From positions 672,587-736,586 of the forward strand of contig CAXXXE010000007.1 in assembly GCA_963664475.2 (NCBI GenBank): a stretch of 64,000 nucleotides of DNA, in the 5' to 3' direction. Of this stretch, positions 49,446 to 58,294 are shown one piece after another. The notes under the pieces were generated by a model. That model saw only the letters and a program-made list of their open reading frames with translations. It ran no database searches and had not been told where the DNA came from. The translations under genes were made by a program, and so were the position numbers. The number at the start of each line of letters is the position of its first letter. The first letter of the stretch is position 1. This DNA is from Desulfatiglandales bacterium. GTDB taxonomy: Bacteria; Desulfobacterota; DSM-4660; Desulfatiglandales; Desulfatiglandaceae.

Positions 49446-49477
49446 AATCATCGAATCATCCAATCATCGGATCATCC
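49446..49477. repeat. Octamer tandem repeat (AATCATCG/C)x4
   Basis: AATCATCG AATCATCC AATCATCG GATCATCC; complementary GATGATTG near 44055 and 48495. Confidence 0.65.
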
Positions 49478-49552
49478 AGGAAAAGGGGATTTCCGAAAAG
49501 TCATGGGTCGGTTGAATTACGAGGACCTGGGCGGCCATAATAGGGAGAATTT

Positions 49553-50680
49553 ATGGAATATAAAAATGTGGCTCCGTTTATAAACAGGCAGGCTGAGATT
49601 GAATATCTAAAGAAATGGGTAGAAGAGGAACCCAATCAAATCCTGTTTTTTTTCGGTCCAAAATCCAGTGGCAAAACTACGCTTATCTATAAATTTGCGG
49701 AGGGCTTTCTGAGTGATGAAAGCAGGTTCTCCCTCAAGCTTTTTAACCTGCGTAAAGTATTAATTGTTAATTATGAAAATTTTCTGCAGCGCTTTTTTGC
49801 TCTGGAAGATCCTCAAGAAAAGGATTCCAGCCAGACCCGGCAGTACAATTTAAAGGTCTTTCAGTTGACCGTTCAAACACAGCAAAAAATCAAAGATAAA
49901 CAGTTGGATCCCTTTGATGTCATGGAAGCTGAGCTTAAGGCGTTAAATTCCAGAGGGATTAAGCCGGTGATCATCATCGATGAGCTGCAGGCCCTGGATT
50001 TTATTTATTTCAACGGTCAGAGGGAGCTGATCAAGGAACTGATTAACTTCTTCGTGGCTATGACCAAGGAAAGTCATTTGTGTCATGTGCTGCTTTCCAG
50101 CTCTGACGGATATTTCATTGAGAAATTGTATAATGACAGCAAACTGAGGAAAACCGCAAAGCTTTTTGAAGTTGATTACCTGCCTCACGATGATATTGTT
50201 TATTGGCTGAATAGCCTGGAGAAGGAATCCAATATTAAAGATTATACCTTGAGCGAATCCCAGATTGCATATATCTGGGATCATTTCGGAGGCAGTATAT
50301 GGGAGATTACTTCTCTGTTGGGAGATTTTTTAAAGATATGCCGGGACGGAAAAGTAGCCGGCGGGGAAATGGAAAAGATTGTTGAGCGCCATGTGCTCCA
50401 GGCAAGAAGCCATTTTGAGGAATTTGTTGGACTGAAAAAACACAGAAAAGCTTTGCTTAAAACAATTGACAAGAATATAGCCGGTGGTTTTTTTAAAGAG
50501 GCCAGTCTGGTGGATCTGGTTGATAAAGGTTTTTATACAGAAGATGGTTTAAGAGAAGAACTAAACCACCTGGTTCGCCAGAACTACCTGTATTACAACC
50601 CCACTCTGGCAGAATACAAATTACAGGGCAGGAGCATGGAGATCGGGTTAAACCGTTATGTCTGCGAGCTTGCGCCTTAG
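49553..50680 (+). CDS. P-loop ATPase, archaeal-ATPase/STAND-like, copy 2
   Basis: Same length (375 aa) and near-identical to 44913-46040. Confidence 0.8.
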   Translation: MEYKNVAPFINRQAEIEYLKKWVEEEPNQILFFFGPKSSGKTTLIYKFAEGFLSDESRFSLKLFNLRKVLIVNYENFLQRFFALEDPQEKDSSQTRQYNLKVFQLTVQTQQKIKDKQLDPFDVMEAELKALNSRGIKPVIIIDELQALDFIYFNGQRELIKELINFFVAMTKESHLCHVLLSSSDGYFIEKLYNDSKLRKTAKLFEVDYLPHDDIVYWLNSLEKESNIKDYTLSESQIAYIWDHFGGSIWEITSLLGDFLKICRDGKVAGGEMEKIVERHVLQARSHFEEFVGLKKHRKALLKTIDKNIAGGFFKEASLVDLVDKGFYTEDGLREELNHLVRQNYLYYNPTLAEYKLQGRSMEIGLNRYVCELAP

Positions 50681-50769
50681 GAGAAAAGAGGGACAGCTTT
50701 TCCACCACGAATAACACGAATAACACGAATAGGGAGAGGGGTGTGGGGACCTACGCTTTTAAGGTTAGA

Positions 50770-50910
50770 GGGACAGGGATCAGGATCAAGACATTGTTTG
50801 TTGAAATTGCAAGCCTGTCTATCAGAAAATTTGGAAACAAGAACATTGCCACGGGAGACTTCGAAATTTCCTTTTATGCCTTAGATCCGGAGAAGATGAA
50901 GTCCAAATGA
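50770..50910 (+). pseudogene. Third gspM fragment retaining the presumed ancestral 3' end
   Basis: Matches 43751-43778 joined to about 43893-44002; ends AAG TCC AAA TGA overlapping ATG 50907. Confidence 0.75.
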
Positions 50911-51470
50911 AGAAGGGTATTGTCATTATAAGCCTTATTCTCATGGGGATTACCGTTTTTCGTGTGTGGCGGATTCAGGAAACACATTCCCTTGCGGGGA
51001 TCGGGAAGGCATCTGTGAATGCTTTTCCCCCAATTCCGCCTGCCGACAAATGGGTGGGTGTTCCCCCGGTCCCCTCGCTGAACGCTGTTTTTGATATTAT
51101 TCCGGAAAAGGAAAAGACTAAAGAAACAACATCAACAGGAATAAAGGCTGTAGAAGCAGATAAAATAAAGCTCCAGAATGCCGGGAAGCCAAAGTCATTG
51201 CCCAAGGTTTTCGGCATTTTTTCGCAAGAGGGGAACTCCTATGCCTTGATCGAGAACAAGACCCAAAAGGCGGAAACGAAAGTTCAGGGAGGGGCGCAGT
51301 CAAACAAGCAATCCCAGCCAGGATACCTTGTGATACCCGAGGGGGGAGAAGTGGAAACCTGGGTCCTGGCGGAAATACTGCCCACACGGTTGTTGTTCAA
51401 GGTGGAGGGTGAGGAAGATCACTTCATAACACTTTTTAAATACGATAAAAAGCCGTTGAAGGGCAAATGA
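50907..51470 (+). CDS. GspC/PilP-like periplasmic protein
   Basis: N-terminal TM; HR-domain-like VFGIF..YALIE..EGGEVETWVLAEI; precedes the secretin. Confidence 0.55.
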   Translation: MKKGIVIISLILMGITVFRVWRIQETHSLAGIGKASVNAFPPIPPADKWVGVPPVPSLNAVFDIIPEKEKTKETTSTGIKAVEADKIKLQNAGKPKSLPKVFGIFSQEGNSYALIENKTQKAETKVQGGAQSNKQSQPGYLVIPEGGEVETWVLAEILPTRLLFKVEGEEDHFITLFKYDKKPLKGK

Positions 51471-51478
51471 GGTAACCC

Positions 51479-51913
51479 ATGGAAGAGTTGCTCGAATTGA
51501 GATCTTATATACAGCAGGGAAATTATGCTGCAGCTTTGAATTTATTGGGAGAAATGGAAGAAATGAGCCGGGATGACAAGATTAGTAAAATATTTAGTTA
51601 TGCCGAGATACTTCTTATTCATTTGATCAAAAAGTATGCCGAAAAAAGATCAACCAGATCCTGGGAGGCTTCTATCAGAAATTCCGTTTATCGAATCCGT
51701 TATGCCAATAAACGCAGGAAGTCCGGCGGATGTTATCTCAACACGGAAGACCTGAAAGAGGTCATACAAGATGCCTGGCCCACCGCATTGATTTCCGCGT
51801 CTCTTGAAACCCTGGAAGGGCAATATGACGATGAAGCCCTCACCCTTATGGTTGATGAAACGGAGATCAAAAAGAACGCCTTGGAATTGATATTGGATAT
51901 GGAACCTGGATAA
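51479..51913 (+). CDS. DUF29-family protein
   Basis: LLGEMEEMSRDDK..LLIHLIK..RSWEASI pattern. Confidence 0.75.
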   Translation: MEELLELRSYIQQGNYAAALNLLGEMEEMSRDDKISKIFSYAEILLIHLIKKYAEKRSTRSWEASIRNSVYRIRYANKRRKSGGCYLNTEDLKEVIQDAWPTALISASLETLEGQYDDEALTLMVDETEIKKNALELILDMEPG

Positions 51914-52008
51914 TTTGATGATACGAGGATGCGTTGCATTATCCGGAAAAAAAGGAAGGTTTGAAAGAAATTGACATCACTCCCAATAACGAAACAACCA
52001 ATCCCCTC

Positions 52009-54285
52009 ATGAACGAAACAACCAATCATCCGATCCCCCGACCCCAATCAACGAAACAACCAAGGACTCCCTGGTTCCCCCTGCTGAGGCTACTGCTGGC
52101 CCTTTGCCTCTTTATTGGCGCAGGCTGTGCAAGCGACAACGCAGGTAAGCGGGTTCCCATTGCGGCGGATGTCGGAAAGCCGGTTGAAGTCCAAAAGCCC
52201 CCTTTCCCGGAAAAGGAAAATGGAGAGACTGTTGAGACCGCAAAACCTGAACCTCCTGCCTTTGAGTTGATCAAAAGTTACAAACCTAAACGGACCTCTT
52301 CCGCCACATCTCTCAAAGGGGAAAATATAAAATTTGATCGTGGCAAGATGGTTCGGTTGTCCATCGAGAACATGCCGGTTCTTGATTTTATAGAATTTTT
52401 TTTTGGGGAACTCATGGGTGTGAGTTATGTTTTTGAGCCAAGGCTGGAAGGTGTCCAGGCGAACAAGGTGAACATCAATCTTCAGGAGGATCTTCCCCTT
52501 GGGAAACTATACCCTTTGGTCTTGAGTTTGCTTGAGCAAAACGGGGTAGGCGTTGTATTTAAAGAGGGTGTTTTCCGTTTTTATCCTCAGGGCGCTCTTG
52601 TGCCCGGGTCGCCTAATATTTTGTGGGGCATGGCAGATGGTTCGGATGCAGGTACGTCTGCCATTGTCATTCAGATTATTCCGCTTCGATATCTGGGAAA
52701 TCGGATGCAGGAACTTGGAAAACTGATGCAGGCTGCAACGCAAAAGTTGCGGGTAAACGTGACCCAGACAAGTGATCCGGACCTTCTGATGGCGATCGGC
52801 GCTGAGAAAGATGTCCGTTCTATTGTGAGACTGGTGGAATTGTTGGATCGACCGCTTTTTGCTGAACAGCATATTGCCATGGTTCGGCTCCGTTACTGGT
52901 CTACTGCCGACTTTGTGGAAAAGATCCGGGATCTTCTAAGAGCTGAAGGGGTTCCGGTTGCGGAACAGATTTCGGCAAATGGCCTTTCCTTTATTCCGGT
53001 AGGTCGTCTTAACGCTGTTCTTTGTTTTTCGTCTGAACCGGATTGGCTCCGGCGGGTACAGTATTGGAAGGAACTCCTGGACGTCCCGTCACGCAGTAAG
53101 GGAGAAGAAGGGTTCTTTGTGTATTTTCCACGCTATGCCAGGGCAAAGGAGCTGGGAGAGGTTTTAGGCGAGATGCTTTCGTTGGTGGGGGGCAAAACCC
53201 CCAAAAAGGAAAAGGCCGTGTCAGGTGTCTTGGATATGACCGCGCGTGAGGCGACGCCCAAGGGTGGGCAGCAGATGAAAGCGACACAGGGTGGGCCTAA
53301 TGAGGAGGTGGGTGCAGGCAAGGGCGCAGCAATATCAACCAGCCCGGCCGCAAGTTTTCTTTTAGAGGGTTCGGGCGCCTTGAATGCGGCCCTGGTGGTG
53401 GATGACGTCCGAAATGCGCTGATTATTTACTGCAGCCCGGACGATTACAATACCATAAAGAACCTTCTCGAGCAATTGGACAGCATGCCGAAGCAGGTCC
53501 TTATTGAGGTGACCCTTGCCGAGGTGACCCTGAAGGACGACCTTCAATATGGGGTGGAGTGGTATTTAAAGAATTCCTCCGCAAATATGACGGGGATTCT
53601 CAGCACCCTGGGAGGGCTTTCTCTTCCCAGCGGGGGGCTTAGCTATTCTATGATCTCAAGCTCAGGAAACTTTCAGGCCATGCTGACCATGTTGGCCAAA
53701 AAAACCAATATCCGAATCCTTTCCACCCCCCATATCATGGTTCGGGACAACGAATCGGCCAGTATCAAGATCGGACAGGACGTCCCTGTCCTGGTTTCCG
53801 CCACTACCAGTGATATTCAACAGGAAGGAAGTACCCAGATTATCCAGAGTGTGGAATACAGGGCCACAGGTATCATGCTCAGCGTAACGCCTACCATCAA
53901 TTCCCGTGATATGGTTACCCTGGAGATTGCACAAGAGATGAGTGAGGCCCAGACAAACCCCACTTCAAAACTGGATTCGCCGCTTATCCTTGACAGAAGC
54001 CTTCAGACCACTGTGGTCTCAAGGCATGGTCAGTCCATTCTGTTGGGAGGCATCATCAGCGATACCAAGAGCGAAAGTATAAACAAGGTGCCTTTTTTGG
54101 GAGATATCCCAATCTTGGGGTATCTCTTCAAGACGAAAACCACGTCAAGGACCAAGATCGAGGTCCTAATGTTAGTAACGCCTCGAATTATCTATAGTGA
54201 GGAAGACATCGATGCGGTGAGACGGGAGATTATCGGTGGGATGAATTTGTTGGATAAGAGGCAGACGGGGGGATTTGAAAAGTGA
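52009..54285 (+). CDS. gspD: Type II secretion secretin GspD (lipoprotein signal); start probably ATG 52009
   Basis: Lipobox-like GAGC, QVLIEVTLAEV, GVEW, LSTPHIMVRDN, VPFLGDIPILGYLF, LVTPRII. Confidence 0.92.
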   Translation: MNETTNHPIPRPQSTKQPRTPWFPLLRLLLALCLFIGAGCASDNAGKRVPIAADVGKPVEVQKPPFPEKENGETVETAKPEPPAFELIKSYKPKRTSSATSLKGENIKFDRGKMVRLSIENMPVLDFIEFFFGELMGVSYVFEPRLEGVQANKVNINLQEDLPLGKLYPLVLSLLEQNGVGVVFKEGVFRFYPQGALVPGSPNILWGMADGSDAGTSAIVIQIIPLRYLGNRMQELGKLMQAATQKLRVNVTQTSDPDLLMAIGAEKDVRSIVRLVELLDRPLFAEQHIAMVRLRYWSTADFVEKIRDLLRAEGVPVAEQISANGLSFIPVGRLNAVLCFSSEPDWLRRVQYWKELLDVPSRSKGEEGFFVYFPRYARAKELGEVLGEMLSLVGGKTPKKEKAVSGVLDMTAREATPKGGQQMKATQGGPNEEVGAGKGAAISTSPAASFLLEGSGALNAALVVDDVRNALIIYCSPDDYNTIKNLLEQLDSMPKQVLIEVTLAEVTLKDDLQYGVEWYLKNSSANMTGILSTLGGLSLPSGGLSYSMISSSGNFQAMLTMLAKKTNIRILSTPHIMVRDNESASIKIGQDVPVLVSATTSDIQQEGSTQIIQSVEYRATGIMLSVTPTINSRDMVTLEIAQEMSEAQTNPTSKLDSPLILDRSLQTTVVSRHGQSILLGGIISDTKSESINKVPFLGDIPILGYLFKTKTTSRTKIEVLMLVTPRIIYSEEDIDAVRREIIGGMNLLDKRQTGGFEK

Positions 54286-54415
54286 TTCCGTAATTAGACT
54301 GTCACGGCAAGTGCGCGATTATATAAACATTAGCGTTTTTCGCGCTATCTCCAAACTACAACTTAGCTTATGAGAATCTCTTTGCTTTCATAAAAACAAG
54401 ACTGCAAAAAAAATA

Positions 54416-54444
54416 TTGACATCCTCTTGCTGAATTTATATAAA
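54416..54444 (+). promoter_or_regulatory. Near-consensus sigma-70 promoter of the S-layer candidate
   Basis: TTGACA-N17-TATAAA, about 290 nt leader. Confidence 0.65.
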
Positions 54445-54737
54445 GCCAGACATAACTTAGTTTTTTGTTCAACCTGCCAAAACTAACGAGGAATTTACAC
54501 TAACCAAACGGTGATGCTTCAAACGATGTCTGACAACTTCTAGTTTTGAGCGGGAGAGAATTCGTCGCAATTCGGGGGGACCGAAAAGATAAGAGGTTGT
54601 AGTTTGATTAAACAAACTGATAAATCATTAAACTAAAGAAAGGAGGCGATAATATTCTAGGGGATGTGGGGCATGAAGGATAAAGAAAATGGGAGTTTTT
54701 TTAACCAAAGAAAACGAATTTTCAGGAGGAAGAGCAA

Positions 54738-56249
54738 ATGAGAAAGAATTTTAAAATTGGCTTTTTGACCGTTTTGGTCATGGTTTTCATGATGGGAACG
54801 GCTTGGGCGGGAACAACCGGTGTACACAGTGGAGCTGCCGATACGCCATTCGCGGCAGCCTTGGAAACCCTGGGTACGGCCCGTAATGTAACGATGACAG
54901 GTGTGGGTTCTCCCGCAGCTAATAATGCCGGTGTTATCACGTACACCTTGACCCAGAATTTGACCACAGGCAACCTGCTTACAGTGACATTTCCTGATGG
55001 TCTGGCCTTTCCAGGCGCCACGCAGTATTTGGTATGCGCCTCTAACGCCGGTGCCGCTGATTCGGGCGGCAACATTGGCGCTGGCACGCCTGGCGTCGGG
55101 GCGACAACTTACAACTTTCAAATTGATAATACCGGGATAACTACCCCTAACGTGTCGGCGGGAGACACCATTTGGTTGACAACCGGTGCCGGGTGTAATG
55201 CGGCGGCGACCAATAACGCGATTTTGCAGGTGACCACTAATGCGGCGTCTGCCGGAAACAAACTGATTAACATTGGTACGTATACCGCCGGCAATGTTAT
55301 CGTCGATCCAGTGGATGATGCAGCAGCCGTCACGGTCGGGAGTGAGTTTACAGGTGTAGTCACAACCCGGGACATGGTCATTGACTATCTGGGTACCGAT
55401 GCTACGGACGGAACCCTGTTTGACAACACGGCGGGCGATGCCGCTGGCATGAATAATTTTGCATCCAACACCATCGGTCTAGCTCTTACCACCGCTGCGG
55501 AAGATTATTCCGCAACTAAGGGAGCTCAAAACGCTGGCCTGACTGTCGCCGGCCTGATCAACTTTGATGCCACCACCAACTGGGGCGGCGTAAACCAGGT
55601 GTGGGCGACGACCAATGCGGCGGGTTGTGCTGCTGCTTCCGGCAATGCCACGAGTAATGTTGTTGCGGACCCGACCGGCGCCCAGACCCTGACCCTTACT
55701 GCAGCAGCCTTCAATGGCGGCGCTGCGGGTACCAACAATGTCTATATTTGCCTGGGTGTGGACGGAACTACCGCTTTGACGAGCAGAAACATCACCGGTT
55801 CCTATGATATTTCAGTAACCGGCGTCGGCGCGGTTGATCCTTCGGCGGTAACCTCTACCTTCCAGACGTGGGCGCCCAATGGATGGCAGGGATATCTGCC
55901 ACATATGCGTTATAACGCCTCGACCAAAACATATGTGCGAATCGTCAATGCCAACGCCACTGCGGGCATCCTTTTTGCGGACATCCGACTGGCTGACGGT
56001 ACACAGGTTGACAGGGTACAGATTGGCACCCTTGCCGCCAATGCCACCGGAACTTACAGCGCCCAGGACATTGCGACGGCCGCTGGGGTTACGGACACTA
56101 ATTACGCTGTTCTGCTTACCTTAACCACTGATCCTGACAATGTTTTTGCGAATGCCTACTTCAACCTCCTTTCGGCAGGTGTGTGGACTACGCGAAATGT
56201 CACGCTGTATGAAGATGTGAAAGCTGCAACGAGTTTCAATATGAAATAA
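54738..56249 (+). CDS. Secreted Ala/Gly/Thr/Asn-rich protein, candidate S-layer protein
   Basis: Sec signal ending AWA; own strong promoter and terminator; directly after gspD; C-terminal W.PNG...PHM...RIVN domain reminiscent of VapA/Slr4-type S-layers (from memory, not searched). Confidence 0.65.
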   Translation: MRKNFKIGFLTVLVMVFMMGTAWAGTTGVHSGAADTPFAAALETLGTARNVTMTGVGSPAANNAGVITYTLTQNLTTGNLLTVTFPDGLAFPGATQYLVCASNAGAADSGGNIGAGTPGVGATTYNFQIDNTGITTPNVSAGDTIWLTTGAGCNAAATNNAILQVTTNAASAGNKLINIGTYTAGNVIVDPVDDAAAVTVGSEFTGVVTTRDMVIDYLGTDATDGTLFDNTAGDAAGMNNFASNTIGLALTTAAEDYSATKGAQNAGLTVAGLINFDATTNWGGVNQVWATTNAAGCAAASGNATSNVVADPTGAQTLTLTAAAFNGGAAGTNNVYICLGVDGTTALTSRNITGSYDISVTGVGAVDPSAVTSTFQTWAPNGWQGYLPHMRYNASTKTYVRIVNANATAGILFADIRLADGTQVDRVQIGTLAANATGTYSAQDIATAAGVTDTNYAVLLTLTTDPDNVFANAYFNLLSAGVWTTRNVTLYEDVKAATSFNMK

Positions 56250-56271
56250 CCGAAACGCAGCTTAGAGTAAC

Positions 56272-56310
56272 AAAAGGGCTCCGCCTTGGCGGCGGATGCC
56301 CTTTTCTTTT
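56272..56310 (+). terminator. Intrinsic terminator after the S-layer candidate
   Basis: AAAAGGGCTCCGCC-TTGGC-GGCGGATGCCCTTTT followed by CTTTT. Confidence 0.75.
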
Positions 56311-56402
56311 GTGCAAATTGCACGTAAGCGTACAATAACGAGGTCTGAGGTGTTTTCCTTCTTTCGATTATCCGAATCTAAGTAATCCCTCACCAAAACA
56401 AA

Positions 56403-58268
56403 ATGGCTCGCAAGCATAGCGTCAGATCCTCAAAAAATATCTCCGATTCCGAACCGGTTGTCGTCGTTCATGAATACCCTCGCCTGCTGTCGTGGGTGGG
56501 TGGGGCATGCGGGCGCGTGGCCACCCATCCGATAGCCTTTTTCGGGTGTCTGGCTTTGGTGGTTGCGGCCCTGTTCTCCTACTATCCGTCCATAGGCGGG
56601 GATTATGACATGTGGTTTCACCTGGCCTACGGCAAACATTTCGTGCAGAACCTGACGTGGAACATCGATCACACCCAGTTTTCCTGGACGCCGACCATTC
56701 CGGACTGGCGGTACGTCACCTGGATCGGGTCAGGAATGCTCTACCTGTTCTATAACTTACTGGGGGTTCCAGGCCTTTATGTTTTACAGTGGCTGATTTT
56801 TCTGGCTATGCTGGCTGTGATGTTCCTCTATCTGCGACGCCTCGGCCACCGTTTAAATCTTTGGCACATCTTCAGTTTCCTAGTGATGGGGATGGTCATC
56901 AAACTGGTGAGCATGTTCATCAAGCCCGAGATGTTCAGCACCCTTTTTTTTACGCTGACGGTGGCCATTTATTTCTTTGTCAAAGTCAATCGAAGATATG
57001 GACTGCTGTATCTTTACCCCGCACTGTTTCTTGTGTGGGTGAACACCCACGGCGGGTTTATCATCGGCCTTATGTTTATCTCGCTTGCCTTCGCACTTGA
57101 GGTCGGACAACAACTTGTTTTCCGTGACAGGGATGCTGACAGGGCTTACCTGCGGCATTTCTTCTTTGCGGTCGTCCTCTCCTATCTCGCAGTGCAGATC
57201 AACCCTGACGGCATATTTTATTTGCCGAGCATCATTGAAACACAACTTTTTGACCAGGAGAGAGTTAAACACCTGGACAGGGTTTTCGCCCATTTCAGTT
57301 TATGGAAGCATATCAGCCCCACGATAAAAATGTACAATTTTGTCAACAGCGCATTGGGCATGCTGTTCATGGGCGGGGCATTTCTATGGATCTGGATACG
57401 TTCCTGGCTGCGCACCCGCTCGGTCGACCTGCCGCTGTTGATTCTGAATGTCGTCTTTTTTTTCTTTTGCATGCAGGTGGCCAGGGCGGTGATCTTCTAC
57501 CCTCCTTTATGGTTCTTTTCCACCAATTACCTCTTGTGGAAAACCGGATCAAACAATCTCAACCGGCGCCTTTCTTTCCCGCTCCTGGCGGCCGGCACAA
57601 TCCTTTCTTTTTACCTCCTTTACATCGCCATTGCGCTGAACCCCAATCGTTCTTATTTCGGCGTGGGCACCTGGAGCGACTTTCCCCTTAACGAGACCGA
57701 GTATATCATGAAACATAAACTCCCCGGTCCCTTGTTCAACGACTACCTCACGGGCGGCTATCTGATGTGGGCCATGTATCCAAAGTATAAGGTTTTTATC
57801 GATCCGCGATTCACGCCCTACAAGCATGAAATGCTGGATGTATGGTTCGGGCTGGGCAGCAAATACCCCTTGACTAAAGAAGGGCTTCAAGCGCTTCTAA
57901 AGGATTATCCGTTCAAAACGGCCATTATACACATTGGGGAACGTAACCTTATTTTCTGGTTTCTTCAAAACCCTGACTGGCGTATGGTCTATTTCGATAC
58001 CGCGGCTGCCGTGCTGATCCACAAATCGGTGGTGCCGCTCCTCTCTGAGGAGGCCCTGGACACGGACCTTGCTCCGAGGCGCTACAAGGATCTTTCAAAC
58101 CCAACGAAACTGCTGCGGCTCTTCGATTTCTACGTGAACATTCGGGCCAATCTCGGGGAGGAAATCCGGTACATTTACGCCAAGAATGTCAGTGACTGGT
58201 TCAAATTCAAGGCCGACAACCTGGCTGAGATGGATGCGATCCTGAAAAATAAGAAGGGCGGAAAGTAA
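56403..58268 (+). CDS. Polytopic membrane protein, putative GT-C-fold glycosyltransferase
   Basis: About 11-12 TM segments; DYDMWFHLAYG after TM1, WVNTHGGF, FNDYLTGGYLMW, FIDPR. Confidence 0.55.
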   Translation: MARKHSVRSSKNISDSEPVVVVHEYPRLLSWVGGACGRVATHPIAFFGCLALVVAALFSYYPSIGGDYDMWFHLAYGKHFVQNLTWNIDHTQFSWTPTIPDWRYVTWIGSGMLYLFYNLLGVPGLYVLQWLIFLAMLAVMFLYLRRLGHRLNLWHIFSFLVMGMVIKLVSMFIKPEMFSTLFFTLTVAIYFFVKVNRRYGLLYLYPALFLVWVNTHGGFIIGLMFISLAFALEVGQQLVFRDRDADRAYLRHFFFAVVLSYLAVQINPDGIFYLPSIIETQLFDQERVKHLDRVFAHFSLWKHISPTIKMYNFVNSALGMLFMGGAFLWIWIRSWLRTRSVDLPLLILNVVFFFFCMQVARAVIFYPPLWFFSTNYLLWKTGSNNLNRRLSFPLLAAGTILSFYLLYIAIALNPNRSYFGVGTWSDFPLNETEYIMKHKLPGPLFNDYLTGGYLMWAMYPKYKVFIDPRFTPYKHEMLDVWFGLGSKYPLTKEGLQALLKDYPFKTAIIHIGERNLIFWFLQNPDWRMVYFDTAAAVLIHKSVVPLLSEEALDTDLAPRRYKDLSNPTKLLRLFDFYVNIRANLGEEIRYIYAKNVSDWFKFKADNLAEMDAILKNKKGGK

Positions 58269-58294
58269 GTATCTGCGAACAATTGTTCAAGGCT

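Larger units (their letters stand above)
47883..50735 (+). repeat. About 2.8 kb direct-repeat block, copy 2
   Basis: Near-identical to 43441-46100. Confidence 0.85.
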
